A DNA stretch of 51,429 bases, from positions 14,134-65,562 of the forward strand of contig MQRK01236875.1 in NCBI GenBank assembly GCA_001938485.1, given 5' to 3'. The stretch comes from Girardia tigrina (Eukaryota). Both the position numbers and the translations under genes were made by a program. Positions 13,421-27,480 of the stretch are shown here, piece after piece (the first letter of the stretch is position 1; each line of letters starts with the position of its first letter). The notes below the pieces were generated by a model, which saw only the letters and a program-made list of their open reading frames with translations, searched no databases and had not been told where the DNA came from.

Positions 13421-14183
13421 TCATATTAAAGTTATTTATACGATATTTTAAAATATACTTTGTTTAAAACGTTAGAATCATTTTATGTGTGTAATTTCAC
13501 AACTTTTTATGTACTGAATTTAATTCTTCAAAAAGTAAAACATGTTTATTTATTTTTTAATCTACCAGTAAAAATACTTATTTTAAAAATCATAAAATTC
13601 ACTTATCTCTAATTCAGTGTATATTTCTGTCTGTTTTCGGACAGTCAAAATCGACGGTAAAATCAAAATATTCTGACAAAAATATAACAGATTCTCACAG
13701 TATCAATTTCATCAATTGATTCATAGAAAAAAAATCTTGTTTTTATTATTAAAGTGATCTGGTAAAAACGATGATGATGACTTTTTCTAAATACCAAATG
13801 TTAAGATTTTGTGAAATTACATACATTAGAATGTAATGATAACATGACAGAGTCTTATCTCATTAAATTATATGTATATATTTATATAAATAACACGTAT
13901 AACAAAATGTTGAAGTATTGCAACTTATCCCCGATTTGACAATTCAATGAATCATAAAGGGTTTTTCAAAATAATTCAAATTATTGTATATAATCTGTCA
14001 AATTTCGACCAAAAGTACTTAATAGTGAGTGAACTCAGCAGAGTGAGCTCAAATCTGTGAAACTTCAAATGATGTTTGTTCAATGTATTGACAGAAATTG
14101 ATGAATTACATATATTGAATTTTAGCACATTTTCTTATATGCAAAAGGTACTATTGTATTCAGTATTTCAGTATATGTATTTA

Positions 14184-14845
14184 CAGAGGGGTAGCCAGGG
14201 TGGGACGGTGAGATGCATGTGTCGCCGGATGCTAAGGCGAAGAGGAGCTTAATGATGCTAACATAATGTTCACAACAAGGGTAAAAAACTGGTAAAAACA
14301 TGTCACACTGAGGCTGAAGCTATGCCAGCCAATAACTGTAGCCCGCAGTCAGGATATTTAATTAGCGTGCTGCCGGTTTTTTTAGACTTATTGGACGAGT
14401 TTTGAGAAAAAGTAGGCATAATATACTGCTTGTTGTTATTGACTTTGCGGTGACACTAAATAAAGACCCAATACGATGCATGCTGTGGTAAAAAGTTCTA
14501 TTTTTCAGTTAGCTACGTTTATCTGAGAGGTGCCGACCACCGGATCCAGCTATGGCGATCGGCATCCCTCTAACGTTTGGTAAGTTTTTACTCGAAGAGC
14601 TCGGTGCAGCGACCTGGCAGTCCATAGGACACCAGTCGGATCGCCGTTGTGTATCGGTCCTTCGACTGATTCAAAGTAGTTCCTCGTCGAGCTGTGAAAC
14701 CCGGAGCGGGGGGCTGTACGATCTCTCCGTTCACTTGGCTTCGGATCGTCTGGCCAGCGATGCGCCGCCGACCTGCTCATAACAGCACCGGCCTTAGTCC
14801 AATCGGCTTGTGTTACCACAGAGTGGTATAGTTACACGGGCACTG
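14184..14845. mobile_element. hAT-like non-autonomous element with GC-rich cargo
   Basis: Start CAGAGGGGTAGCCAGG resembles the TIR at 39604; end GTTACACGGGCACTG. No clear TSD. Confidence 0.4.
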
Positions 14846-15749
14846 CATGAATTTCTAATTTTGCTATTTATTTACGAAAACTGATATTGTTTTAGTTTTA
14901 AATTTTATTCATTTTTTAATTATTTATTGAAATATTAAAACAATTGCCAGTTTTTGTTTTTTTATTTACATTTTTTTACTATTGCATTTCTGAGCACCAC
15001 AATCTTTTATGATTTTTAATACGAAATGATCTAAACAAACTCCCAAATATTTCAAATTTTCTGGAACGTGTCATTGCAAAGAAGAAGTTTATTTATAATA
15101 TATACAGAAAAGCCTTGGTTGTTATTAAGAACATTTAAACAAGTCTCGTTTGAATGTTTATTACAATCACATTTAGAGTCATTATGACTCTCAGAAAGTC
15201 TTTCATCGTTTGTCATCCTTCTAATTGGTCTTCTTATTTCTGTTTTTAATCATGATTATTCGAACAAATTTTCTAAATTATTTTTTAAAATATTTGGCCT
15301 CTAAAAATATTAATTAAAAAAATAATAATTTTTACCATTTTTCAATAAATCTTAAAATAATTACAATGTCATCAAATTATTAAAAATGCATTTAATTTAA
15401 ATTTTACTAAAAAATATTAAACTTAATTTTAATTGTGTTCGAATAGTCAATCACTTTAAATTTAATTAAAAAATACCAATTTCCATCTTGGTGGGAGAAT
15501 CACCATTCTAAATTCAACATATTTAAATCAGCATACCGCATCCATACATTTACACATTCAAACAAATTAAAATATTCCTCACAGTTGTATTGATATTTAA
15601 ATAATAGTTATTTAATATTTATTCCAGACCCAATAAACAATATATATTTTTTGTATAGGCCACATCAACTGTCACTCTGAGAAATAAATAAATTATGAAA
15701 AATATTTTTACTGAACAAAAAAAGGTTTTTGTTGGAATTCCTGTTAATA

Positions 15750-16110
15750 AAATCATGCCGTGATGAAAAAAAAGACTAGATCCCTAGCAATTCGGTTTCC
15801 GCCCTAAAAGAGATACGTTACCGGCCATAATTATACCAAGAAAGATACAGGAGAAAAGACGAAATAGAAACCAGAAAGTATATGACATCTTCATTGATCT
15901 AAAAAAGACTTTTGATAATGTCTGCGTGAAGTACTGTGAGCAAGTCTGAAAAAAATCTGTCTAACCGAAAATATTCTTCGTCTGATTAAAGAATTTCTGG
16001 AGAAGTTTGTTGCTTCTGTTGAGAGTAGCGATTATTTTATTGAAAGAGGGGTCAGATAAGGCAATATTAAGAGGGCCTTGTTTATTTAAATTGAATTTTA
16101 ATGAGGTCAT
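15750..16110 (+). mobile_element. LINE reverse transcriptase fragment
   Basis: QFGFRPKRDT, IFIDLKKTFDNV and RGVR*G are non-LTR RT motifs. Confidence 0.8.
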
Positions 16111-16339
16111 TAAAACATTTATCTATATATACTGAAATATCAATTGTGGTGAACATTTTTTATTTCACAAAGATGTGAATTTACACCCAATATATAATGA
16201 TGCATATTTATTTGATATTCAAATTTAATATAAAATTTTGGATATAATTTCTACTTTAAAACATATTAGCTAAATGCTGTATTTTGTCTTGGACTCCTAT
16301 AGAAAAATGTAACACAAAAATAACACTTAGTCTTTAAAG

Positions 16340-17420
16340 TAAGCATACAAATTGTTAAAGTGGAAACTTCACTTTTATATGTAATTACTTTCTGCTGCTA
16401 GGCATTATCTTTATCAATTCTCAAATAAAAACAGGCCATTTTCGAAGAACTTTGTATCCTTTTCTCAAAAAAGGATTATGCACTAAACTAATTACACCTT
16501 ATTTAGACTCAATTCTTCGCCCTTGAGGGTGTTTCTTCAAGTGATTAAACAAAAAATAATCATTTGGAACTAAGTCAGGTCTGTGGGCGATGAGAAACTA
16601 ACTTAAACCCTTTTTTCCGTGAATACGTCCATTGTTCAATGAGCTGTGTGAACAGATTCATTGTCTTGTTAGAGATAGAGGTTTTGGTTCCTTGGTTTAC
16701 GATTTAATTGTCTCATCATTATTAAGCAGGACACAGTAACAAATTGGAGTTAATGATTCCTGAGGTAAAGTCGAGTTTGACAACCCCTTTTGAGTCCAAA
16801 AACCCAGTGAGCATGATATATTTTCGATGATATCTCCGCTAACGGAGCATTTAAGGTGGCTTTTCTTTTGGAAATACTAATTCACGAGACTCCTGCTTAC
16901 TGTAGAGTAAACAAAGACTCAATGGAGTCTCATGCTTTGTTATTTTATTCTTTAAAAAAGTACGTCTCAGAGCATCAAACAGAGCCAATTTGTCTTGACA
17001 TGCTTGCATTTGTTTTTCCCTCATCTTGGCTGTCAGTAAGGGTGGGAGAAATCGACTGCACAATTTTCTACCTCCAAGCTCACCCAGCATATTCTGTGTA
17101 GTCTTCTCGCTTACCCTAAGTCGGTTTCACAGCTTTTTCTGAGTGATTTATTTTTCTACTTTCCCAATAATCGATAACATTTCTTTATTAGTAATTTCTT
17201 GAGGGCGCCCACTTTCTTCTTCATCAAACACATTGCTCCTTCCACAGGAAAACTCTCTTATCCAGTTTTAAATAGTAGACTTGCATGGTGATTCATTTCC
17301 ATGTGTTTCCTGCTGCTGCCGCACAATGTCCTTCTTTTCAATCTTTCTCAAAAAGAAAAAGCCGAAGACGCTGCAAAATTCCTAGCTGGTACATTTTTTT
17401 GTAATTTCGCAAAAAATAAT
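16340..17420 (-). mobile_element. Degenerate mariner
   Basis: LGGRKLCSRFLPPLLT, ITKHETP...ESRELVFPKEKPP, and a SPDL-like C-terminal region. Confidence 0.8.
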
Positions 17421-17479
17421 GCTATTATGCATTAATACAGTTAAACAAACTTCATATTATTTACCTATATATATATATA

Positions 17480-18298
17480 AATATATATTTCGAAAATATA
17501 ATTTGATTAAAGCTTTTTTTATACAACTATTGGACATATTTCGATGTTTATATACATCATCATCAGCAATTTTCTATTGAATTGTTTGAATAATACAATC
17601 TTACACAATTTTAATAAATATCATTTACTTTAAAAGGTGACGAAAAAATTAAACATTTTTATTTATAAAAATATTATTGGGTAATAATGGTAAAAATATT
17701 GCAATTAAAAATTTTAAGTATTGAAATAACCTTACTTTGCCCATTCTGAATGTTAATTGATGAGTTGTAGTGTCTTATTAGTAGAGATTCACAAAACTGT
17801 CGTTCGTAATGTGAATCAAANNNNNNNNNNNNNNNNNNNNNNNNNNNNNNNNNNNNNNNNNNNNNNNNNNNNNNNNNNNNNNNNNNNNNNNNNNNNNNNN
17901 NNNNNNNNNNNNNNNNNNNNNNNNNNNNNNNNNNNNNNNNNNNNNNNNNNNNNNNNNNNNNNNNNNNNNNNNNNNNNNNNNNNNNNNNNNNNNNNNNNNN
18001 NNNNNNNNNNNNNNNNNNNNNNNNNNNNNNNNNNNNNNNNNNNNNNNNNNNNNNNNNNNNNNNNNNNNNNNNNNNNNNNNNNNNNNNNNNNNNNNNNNNN
18101 NNNNNNNNNNNNNNNNNNNNNNNNNNNNNNNNNNNNNNNNNNNNNNNNNNNNNNNNNNNNNNNNNNNNNNNNNNNNNNGTAGAACAATAAGTAGTGCTAA
18201 AGTAGTCTCTGTCACATCCAAAGTTCAAAGTTTCCTCTCAAACAAATCGAAAACAGTTTGCGATTTGCAAGCTAATCTGGTATATAAATTTAATTGTG
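17480..18298. mobile_element. Second Penelope-like copy: minus-strand 3' end, gap, plus-strand GIY-YIG N-terminal piece
   Basis: 17480-17820 is a reverse-complement relative of about 170-510. 18265-18298 encodes LQANLVYKFNC (PLE VYK..C motif). Confidence 0.85.
17529..17570 (-). ncRNA. Minimal type I hammerhead ribozyme (better-preserved copy)
   Basis: Reverse complement reads ATTG-CTGATGA-T-GATGT(ATATAA)ACATC-GAAA-TATG-TC-CAAT: perfect 5-bp stem II, 4-bp stem I, vestigial stem III. Confidence 0.82.
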
Positions 18299-18314
18299 TG
18301 TGTGTGTGCATCTT

Positions 18315-18753
18315 ACAGAGGGACAGATGGCGTGGTGGCGTGATGTACTTACCAGCCAATAGAAATCGAGCAAAAGTGGCATTGGTCCATGTAACATGTG
18401 AGCAACATAGAGGAAACTGTCATAGACAGTGTTTTCATTTTTCTTTAACACATGAAAGACGCAGTACGTTTTCAGCGTGCCATCATCTTTTTCCTTTGGA
18501 AAGAGGATACTCCAGTGTCTGACATTGTGCGCCACTTATCAAATGTGTTTCAAGGTAGAGCCCTGCAAAAGTCTGCCGTCTACAATTGGGTGCATCAATT
18601 CGTAAATGGACGTGTATCCTTGGACGACGAGGACAGGAGTGGACGTCCAGCAACGACGAGCACGGTAGAAAATGTGGAAAAAGTGTCGCAGACCATCAAT
18701 CCAAATCACTACCTTACCATTCGCGAGTTGGTGAAGATGACAGGCCTATCTGA
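18315..18753 (+). mobile_element. Mariner 5' fragment (HTH region)
   Basis: ORF 18452-18757: QRAIIFFLWKE...VYNWVHQFVNGRVSLDDEDRSGRP. Confidence 0.9.
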
Positions 18754-21700
18754 ATGACATTGTATTCCTTCAATAAATGCTTTCTTGTGGTGTCGTCTCC
18801 CATTTTTCCACTTACTTTCGGAACGCCCTTCGTATTATCCGGTTCGCGCTATGATGATATGAACTTGAAAAATGGATTGTCCTCATCATTGATTTTGCGT
18901 ATTTTCCAAAACTCTGGGACTCAAAAACTTTTCCTCTGTCTACGTTGCTATTTGCTGGAGCTCCGAATTTATATATCCACTTGTGTTGAAAGGTTTTTTT
19001 ATCACCGTAGCTTCATCTTGATTATTAACGGCCGTCAAACTAATATATCTACTGAATCTATCAATGATTCCCAAGATATACTTCTTTCCATGAACCGCTA
19101 GAAGTGGTCCACAGAAATCCATATAAATGTCATCTAACGAACGTGGTGACATCGATTAGCATGTTTTTTCTTTCGCTTTTTCCGGTATATGTATTCGATA
19201 TTTGACGTGTAGGGCAGCCTCGTACTACTGATTCCACCTCCTTAGCAAAATCGTCCATATAATATTCTTCCTTCATGGACGAATATATTTTATTTGCTCC
19301 AGCGTGGCATAAGAATTTATGAAAAAAATATAGTGCAATCCTTTCGAGACTGTTTTGGGATCCATATTTTGTTAGACGAAGTCCTTAAATATCCTTTGTC
19401 TAATTTAAATTCCATCGCCTTTCCGTCGTTTATTGATTGCAATATATTCGTAATTTCCTCTTTGTTCTGTTGTCACAGGATTGGTGAAACATATGTATCC
19501 AACGCTTACATTATCGTTCTTGGCTTGGTCAATTTGCTTGTTCATGCTGAAGCAGGCATTGTGTACATGTTTGACAATCTTTTCTTGAAAGTGCATCCGC
19601 GTTTTGATGCAATATGCCTTTTCTGTATTCTAACACCATATCGAGGCTACTGAAATAGTTCATCCAGTTCTGGAGTTGTGGTGTTAAGGGTTTCTTCATG
19701 ATCATAATGAATTCTATCGCTTTGTGATCGGTCCTCAGTTTAAAACTTGCACCATATAGGTAATGTTGGAAATGTTGTGTAAAATGAAAAATCGCCAATA
19801 ATTCTTTCCGAGTGATACAGTACCCCATTTCGTGTTTTGACATCGACTTTGACCCATATGCAACCACCTGCTCCTCACCCTACCTGATAGTAAGCGTTAC
19901 CTAAATCAACCTAACCGAACCACTTTGTACCTTTCAAAGCAGCCAACATCTCTTCGATATTTGGCATTGGGAATGCTGACCTCTCAGTAAGTTGATTTAA
20001 CAGTCTAAAATCTAGACAAAAACCGAATTTCTTTCTTTTCCTTCTTCCAAACACAAACCATTGGTGTGTTCCATGGGAGCGAGCATCTCTTTATTATCCA
20101 TGTTGTTCCAATTTTTGTAAGGCTTTTTCAATATGTCTGTCCAAATGAGCCGGTTGGTGCCGGTGTTTCTGTAATATCGGTTCCCCTGCAGTTTCAATCT
20201 GATGTTCGACCAACATCGTTTTCCGATATCCCATTTACCGGCCATGAATATATCTTTATATTTTTTCACACATTTATATAAATTTGTCCCAGTCTGTAGA
20301 CTCAATTTCTCTATCGCTCTTTCAAATCTCTGTTTGTTCGAATATTTGAATTTTCCTACATAAGGATCTAAAGCACTAATTTCAAAATTAGGTCTATTCA
20401 CTATGTTTTTTAGCTCCACCAACGTTGCCCCTTACATTTCAGCTCAATTCCTAAAGCACTAATCAAATTCATACCGAAAATAACATGGAAACATCTTCTT
20501 TGCTACATAAAATACAGTATTTATTTTCATAAGTCGCCAAACGACTTTTATTTTATCTTCATTCCACTTCCATTCGCACATACTACTGAAGTTAATAGCT
20601 TATTATCTACGGGAATTTGACATTTTTCGGCAATCTTCCTATCTAATACGTTAATGCGGGCCCCCGTGTCTAATAAACAGTTTACTTCAAACCCGTCAAT
20701 TTTAGCCGATAAACTGGGTCTTCCATTCAAAACTTGATAATAAAACTGCCCCTTGGACTGTATTATTAACTCTACTTCATGACGTTCATCATCCAGTGCT
20801 TGGTTAACATATCCATTATTCTCTATAGTTGCAATACTTTTACCACTTATAACAATGTTATTATTATACTTAAAATTTATATTATAAATATCATACATAT
20901 TATTAAAGTTATTATAAATACAATTACAGATACTACTATTACACATAAATGGATCGAAAATATTCTTACTACTTACTTTATACTCCCACCATCTCCTGAA
21001 CTGGTGGGGCCTCCAAATTTTAGTGGCCCGTTTGTCACCAATCCAAACGATCAGGATTCCTCATTGTCATCTAAACCAGTGACTTCTCGTCTGTATCGGT
21101 CCTGGGGTTTGTATCGACTTGGTCCTTGATTCCAGTGTGGGTTGTATGTCGTCGACCTTTGAAAGCACTGGTATCCCAAATGTCCATGATTATTACAAAC
21201 TGAACATTTTGTATATGGACAATCTCTCCAGATATGTCTGGTACCCCAACATCCATAACATATTTTGTTTATTTCCGGGTTGTCACGTCGAATGTGTCCC
21301 ACTTTTCTACAATTATAACAAATACGAGAATTACCTTTTGTTTTGCGAGTCTGATTTGGAGAAAATTTTGGAGTTGTTGCAAATCTATGTCGATCTCTCG
21401 TTTGATTGTTTGATTGGCCACTGATGTTCGATTGGACCGAGAATTGAGAACGGTCTTTCAACACAATGGCAAATGTTTTGTATTTACTGATAACTGCACT
21501 TTCACTATTTTTCACATCCGCTCTGATGTTCTCCATTTTCTCGATTACTGATTGAATTGCTTCTGGAGATTTCGCCTCTGCATCATGATTTGTATCTTCG
21601 TTTCGATATTCTCCACGCAGTGTGTCAGGAAGTAAGACATAAGTTCTTGCTTGTTCCACTTATGAATTAATATTTTCTCCACCATCTTTTCGACATTGTT

Positions 21701-22066
21701 GAAAAATACCGGTGCGGTATCCAATCCTTTCCGGTATTTCATCAAATCTTGGAGATCCTAAATTAATGAAGTCGGTTTTTGAAACGCTCTTCTTAGTCGC
21801 TACTCGAAATCGACTATCTTCGGATCAACGGCCTCGTATGTGACGAGTAAATCCCTCCCAATAAAGGCCTTGACCATCAATCCTTGTACCACATCATTGA
21901 ATTGGTAGATCTCGAAAAAACGTCTGCAGTCGGTGATGAACTTTTCTAAATCACCGCGCCAATCGAAAAGGTTTGGTGCCAGGTAATTTACGGCATTGGG
22001 AGTGGTCGCCATGTAAGTCGAATCAGACATAACAAGAATTTATTAATTTATTTAAATCTGACACCA
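18754..22066 (-). mobile_element. Degenerate Ty3/gypsy LTR retrotransposon internal region (gag, protease, partial RT, RNase H, integrase)
   Basis: PBS TGGTGTCAGA (22057-22066); three CCHC-type knuckles; LLDTGA protease; YCITRKELLAI...TDHKA...NADALSR RNase H; MDFCGPL...IDRFSRY integrase. Most of the RT is deleted. Confidence 0.95.
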
Positions 22067-23567
22067 AAACAAATGAATATTAAAACAACGTCCCAATATT
22101 TATATTGATATTTCAGGAGCATTTGTAATAATATTTACGATCCTTTATGTGTATAAATATAGATATGGATATAAATATATGATTCTCGTATCCTAAGAAT
22201 AATAATGGTATTATTAACTTAGAAGAAAAAACATCATATTTGCAGAACAATTAATAAATATATTGAAATCAAAAAAAATTTATATCCATTCTTTATGCGG
22301 ACAGAACTCTACTTGAACAACATATTTTTTTCGTTTTCTTTTGTAGAAGGCAAAATTACTGTTACATTTTCTTTAATAAATTGGTTATGTAATTAGCGAC
22401 TCTTTAAATCTTTTGTAGAAGGGAAAATTTCATACAAAAAAAAATTAACAACTTCATTTTGCAATTAAATAGTTACTAATGCCATAGTAAATTTATTATA
22501 AAGCATGGAAGACAAAAAACCCCATTTCTATTTAATGAAGTTTAAACATTTGTTGAGAATTGTAAATATTATTTGCAAAACATTTTTTTGATTTACTAGT
22601 TTGATCAAATTTTCACATAATCATTTATTGTCATCAAGAATGAGTAAGTGTGCAAAGTTTGAAGAAAATTGATTGAATAAAAATCCTTCAAATATCATAT
22701 TTTTTAAGCAGTTCTAATGGCAATCGATTAAATAACACATAAAACGCCATTTATTTAAATATTTATTTCTCAATACATATTTCGACAGTTTTGGTATCGT
22801 CAGTTGAATAATTGAAAATTTCATATTCAAGTCATATAGCGACAGACTATTGCACAACATTACTTAATTTTCAGGCTTTTTTAAATTATAATTTAAAAAT
22901 AAATGAAAAAAATTTTTTACAAATAGTACAAGCAAAACATTTTAATAAATTGCGTAAAACTTTAAATTTTTTATTATGAGATTTTAACTTCAAAAAATAA
23001 TGAGTTTTAAGTACTGAAGTACGAAGAACGGAAAAAGGTGAAGATCATTTTTGACGAATTATTTAAAGTAAGATTTGAGTTGTTTGATGTGGTTGGCATT
23101 GATTGTTTTCGCTATTCTATCACTTATATTTTGGGCCTTTTAAAACTGAGTATTTTTGGAAGCTAAAATCTTATTACAATAAAAAATTAAAATTTTTCAG
23201 CAATTTATTAAAATATTTTAATTTTGTCTCTCATATATATNNNNNNNNNNNNNNNNNNNNNNNNNNNNNNNNNNNNNNNNNNNNNNNNNNTATATATATA
23301 TATTTATTTATATTGCTTTTTTAAAAATAAATTTTATATCAAAAAATATTTCATTTATAATTATTATAAATTCTGATTATTGAAGAATAAAAGACATCGG
23401 CCGCTTTTTGTATCTGTTGGTGGAAACATGATTATACAAAATATTATATATAATGAAAAATTTAATTTATAATAATATAAAAAGAAGAGATATTTTGTTT
23501 ATTTTGAATGAAAAATATAACGGTTTTAAGGGAAAATGATTATTTGTTGTGTAGAAGCATATATTAA

Positions 23568-24640
23568 CCCGTTGACAAAAGGAGACTCGTAAATGGGTTT
23601 AGGGCTTATAACTTTTGAATGAAGAGGATTTTTAATGCGTTTTTTTCTAAATATTACTATTATTATATTAACTTTTCTAGTCCAGCTCTCTCGCTCTCTA
23701 GTCCAACTCTTTTCAATTTATTGCATCAGAAGAAAACTGGAGCATGTGGAACAGTGAGAAAAAATCGTAAAGGATAGCCAAAATTCACTGGAAAATCACG
23801 AAAAGAAGATGTTCAATGGTTTTCGTCTTCAGCTCTTCTAGCAATGAAATGTAAAGACAAACGAGATATCTAGATGTTATCGACTGTAAATAGTAAAAAT
23901 TTCTTGAACAGTGGAAAAATTGATAGATCAAACGGAACAGAAATTACGAAGCCCTCTCTAGTCATGGAATATTCGCAAAAAAATGGGAGCTGTTGATGAA
24001 ACTGACATGCAGATATCATTCTCTGCTTCAATTAGGAAAACTTTTAAGTGGTATAAAAAATTATTCTTTCATATGTTGGATATGGCGATATTCAATTCGT
24101 ATATAACATACAGAATGAAGCGCAATGCTTGTTCAGTTCAAATTGCTTTTGGTTAGAGAAATACTTCAGAGATATGGTCCGTCAGAGAGAAATAGAGTTG
24201 GTAGACCTTCTAATGCTCCTACATCTTTGAGATTAGTTGCTCGTCACTTTCTCGACAATGTTCCACAAGATCCAAAGAGTAGAGAACGAAGTAGAAGAAA
24301 TTTTATTGTTTGTAGTGCGAAACAAATTCAACAACGAAGTTATTTCATGTGCCTTGACTGTAATGTGTCATTATGCGTACCAAATCGTCTCCAAATTTAC
24401 CACACTAAACTTCATTTTGATGTAGATTAGTGATAAAAACCAATTCTAATCAGTAAAATATAATAATACTGCAATATTCATTGAAAACTCTTGTTTGTAG
24501 CACAAAAAAACTCATTTTTGTAACTCTTACGTGATTAATTATTTCTGTCTTTTTTAAAATTTTTTCATAATTACCTTTGCTACGTCGAAAACTTCAATAA
24601 AATTAACATATCTCCAAAACAAAATTCAATAGTCAACGGG
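23568..24640 (+). mobile_element. Internally deleted piggyBac element
   Basis: TTAA-CCCGTTGAC ... GTCAACGGG-TTAA ends; GACGTVRKNRKG, MGAVD, KWYKKLFFHMLDMAIFNSYI and a Cys-rich C-terminus. Confidence 0.96.
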
Positions 24641-25189
24641 TTAAAATTATTTCTTTCCCCTGAATTTTGTCAGATACCTTTCTACGAAATAATATAATAT
24701 TGTCATTTATTATATTAATTTCAATATCAAAAAAAAAGATAATATTTGATGAAAATTTCCATTGAGAAGATTTATGGATGATCTGTTGGAAATATTTGCC
24801 GCTATCAAATTCAGTTGTAAAGGAAAAGACTGTCAACTGCAGGAGCTGGATTTGTGAAAGAGTTTCAATGAATTATCAGTTTTAGGTACAACAAAATTTT
24901 AATAATTTTTTTTCTAAATTTATTTGATAATAAACTAAAAAATATTCTTTATTATTTTTTTTGTATAATATGTATATTAAAAGTGCACTTTGAAAAAGAA
25001 TATCTAATTAATATAATATTAATTTGTTCTAAAATTTTTATTTCGCCAACAGTCTTAAATGTTTTTATTCAGCTAAGAAAAATAAAATCACTTTGAAAAA
25101 CCTTTAAGCTTTTTTTAATTTATTTTATTCAAAGAAAACTACAAATATAAATAATATACATAAAATAATTTTGTTAATGCTTTTCTAAG

Positions 25190-25645
25190 AAATTGATTAT
25201 TGAACATGTTTTATTGATTATTGAACTAAATTATACAGCTATGAAAAATGGTTTAGTTCAAAGAATTTGGAATTTGTCTTCCAATTTTAAAATGGCAGAT
25301 CATGATTTAATTATTATTAGAGAACGCCTGAGGGACAATATGTACACAAAAAAGCAGATAAATCACAACATTAGTGTTATATTGGATAAATTATGTATAC
25401 AAACATGATTTAAAATAAAATGCCAATGAAGAGCACAAACAAAAAATCAAAAAACAATAATCTGGAGTATTTAAAGCATTTAAGAAGTGTTTTTTTCAAG
25501 AGTATAAGTAATGTCAAAGGTATTTCAATGACGCTCAAAGTTCAAAGTTTTCTCAAATAAATCGAAAACGATTTGTAGATTGCAAGCCAATCTGTTTTTA
25601 TAAATTTAGTTGGAACGGGTGTAAAAACTCGTACATTGGATACAT
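25190..25645 (+). mobile_element. Third Penelope-like fragment (RT C-terminal linker to GIY-YIG start)
   Basis: KNGLVQRIWNLSSN...LRDNMYTKKQI linker pattern. 25535-25640 resembles 18218-18295 and nt 4-28. Confidence 0.75.
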
Positions 25646-26181
25646 TGGGACAAAGAATGTACTACTTACCTCATACTAACTATTCATTTCAACAACCTAT
25701 GCAGAGCCACCACCAATTTTGGAGCTAAGGGAGGATATACATGACATTGGATACCCCACCAACATCTGACAAAATTCATCAGCAGCAATTAAACATCTGA
25801 CGAAATTTGGTGAACTTATCACTGAAATCTATAAATGGAAGGGATTAATTGACAATTTAACATTAAATTTAGCATTGTCAAATTCTGTAAAAGGTTTTCT
25901 ATTTTGTCTAAATCCGGTGATTGTTTTTAATGTATATAATTAATTATGTTGTACTTAATAATAATGAAATGATGAACACTTTATTTAAAAGTGTAAGCAA
26001 TTTAATACTAATCAAAACTTTTAAACATCTTCAACGTTACAAAAACAAAAAATTGTAATTTCAAAAGATTTTTAACAAATGTTTTCATTAAGAAACCACT
26101 GAAAATGTTAAGTGACTTTAAATTTGTTTTTTCATTAAAATTTGTGATACAAATTATAAAATCATTATTATTTATATATAG

Positions 26182-26516
26182 TAAAATTATTATCACATTA
26201 TTATATCTAAATACTTCAATATGATTGGACGAATAACTTTGGACTTTTAAAGAAAGCTGATAAAATATATTAATAGATCTTAAATCAATTTCCTTCCATA
26301 ATTATAATCAAAGTTACTGATTAGTACTCGAAAAATATTTGTAAGTTTCTCCTTCAACTTTCAGAACACCACAAAATATAAAAATCTAATAATCATTTCT
26401 GTCTGGAGAGATGTGACGGTTTTGTCTCGAATAAACTGACTTTAAATTTCTAATAAAATAAATTAATTTTGATACTTAATTATTATTATGTTCGAATTCA
26501 GAATTCAAGTTCATGA
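26182..26516 (+). CDS. Candidate host exon(s) with a TPR-like helix, if TAA/TAG=Gln
   Basis: KLLSHYYI*ILQYDWTNNFGLLKKADKIY**ILNQFPS...; 24-nt intron GTAAGT...TTTCAG (26341-26364); no TGA until 26514. Confidence 0.4.
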
Positions 26517-27194
26517 CACAAAATTTTATTTCTATCACTAACGATTTTTCAAACAAAAATTTTTGAGGAACTTAAGCACTTTCTTTTTTTTATTCAAACC
26601 ATTATAAATAAAATTAAATATAAAATTCGATATTGTTTTTTAATTAAATACGAATTCTAATTATATAATCGTCTTTAAAATTATAAAAGTATTTTATTAA
26701 AATTTTGTCACAAAGATTTTATTTCATCCTATTTTAAATTTCCATTTTATTTGACATTTTCATTTATTTAATTTAACTGTGTTTAAATTACATTTTCAAA
26801 AAATAAAATAAAAAGTACATTTTCATTTATTTCAATTTAACATTTTTAATTAAAGTTATACTTTCATTTTGTCTCAAAACAATTGTTTTTTTTTTTAATT
26901 TTAAAATTTATGCATTCATATGATATTTGATTTTTTTATACTTAGATAAAACTTACAAAATAATTTTTAGTTTATTAACATTTCAAATATTAAATATTAT
27001 GTTTTATATGGAATTAAAAATTTACTTTATTAAGAAATCAGTTTATGGATTTTGTGTTAAACCTTAAAAATCTACCTTAAAATTTATTGTTAAATAATTT
27101 ATTTTTTATTCAATTTAATGAAAATCTTATTTTAACATAATCTATAGACCTACTTTTCGAAATTTAATTATTTAATTATTAAATTCATTAGATT

Positions 27195-27480
27195 CTAAAT
27201 TCAAAAATTTTATGAACTCACCAAAGCTCCTAACAATTATTTTTAAAATTATCTAAGAAGAAAAATGAAAAATTACAGAAATAAAAAATAATGACTTACA
27301 TGTCGAAGGAAAGATACTGATGTATGAAGGATGTATATTGTCACTGCTTTACACTCTCAGTATAAGTTGGAGAAATAGATAAATATTTAAAACTCCTCAA
27401 AATACTATTATAAATTATTGTTAATATTTTTTTACTTTTACTTATAGTTGCATGAAATGTTAATGAACGACAAATTTGTA
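27195..27480 (-). other. Cluster of tiny GT-AG introns, reading frame unresolved
   Basis: Minus-strand donors GTAAAA, GTAAGT and GTGAGT pair with TAG acceptors to give about 38, 47 and 27 nt introns. All three spliced frames contain stops. Confidence 0.4.

Noticed and set aside
27222-27409. MSH5-like FIHQYLSFD...LLGAL match
   Set aside because: Short, and no further MSH5 exons are recognisable downstream.
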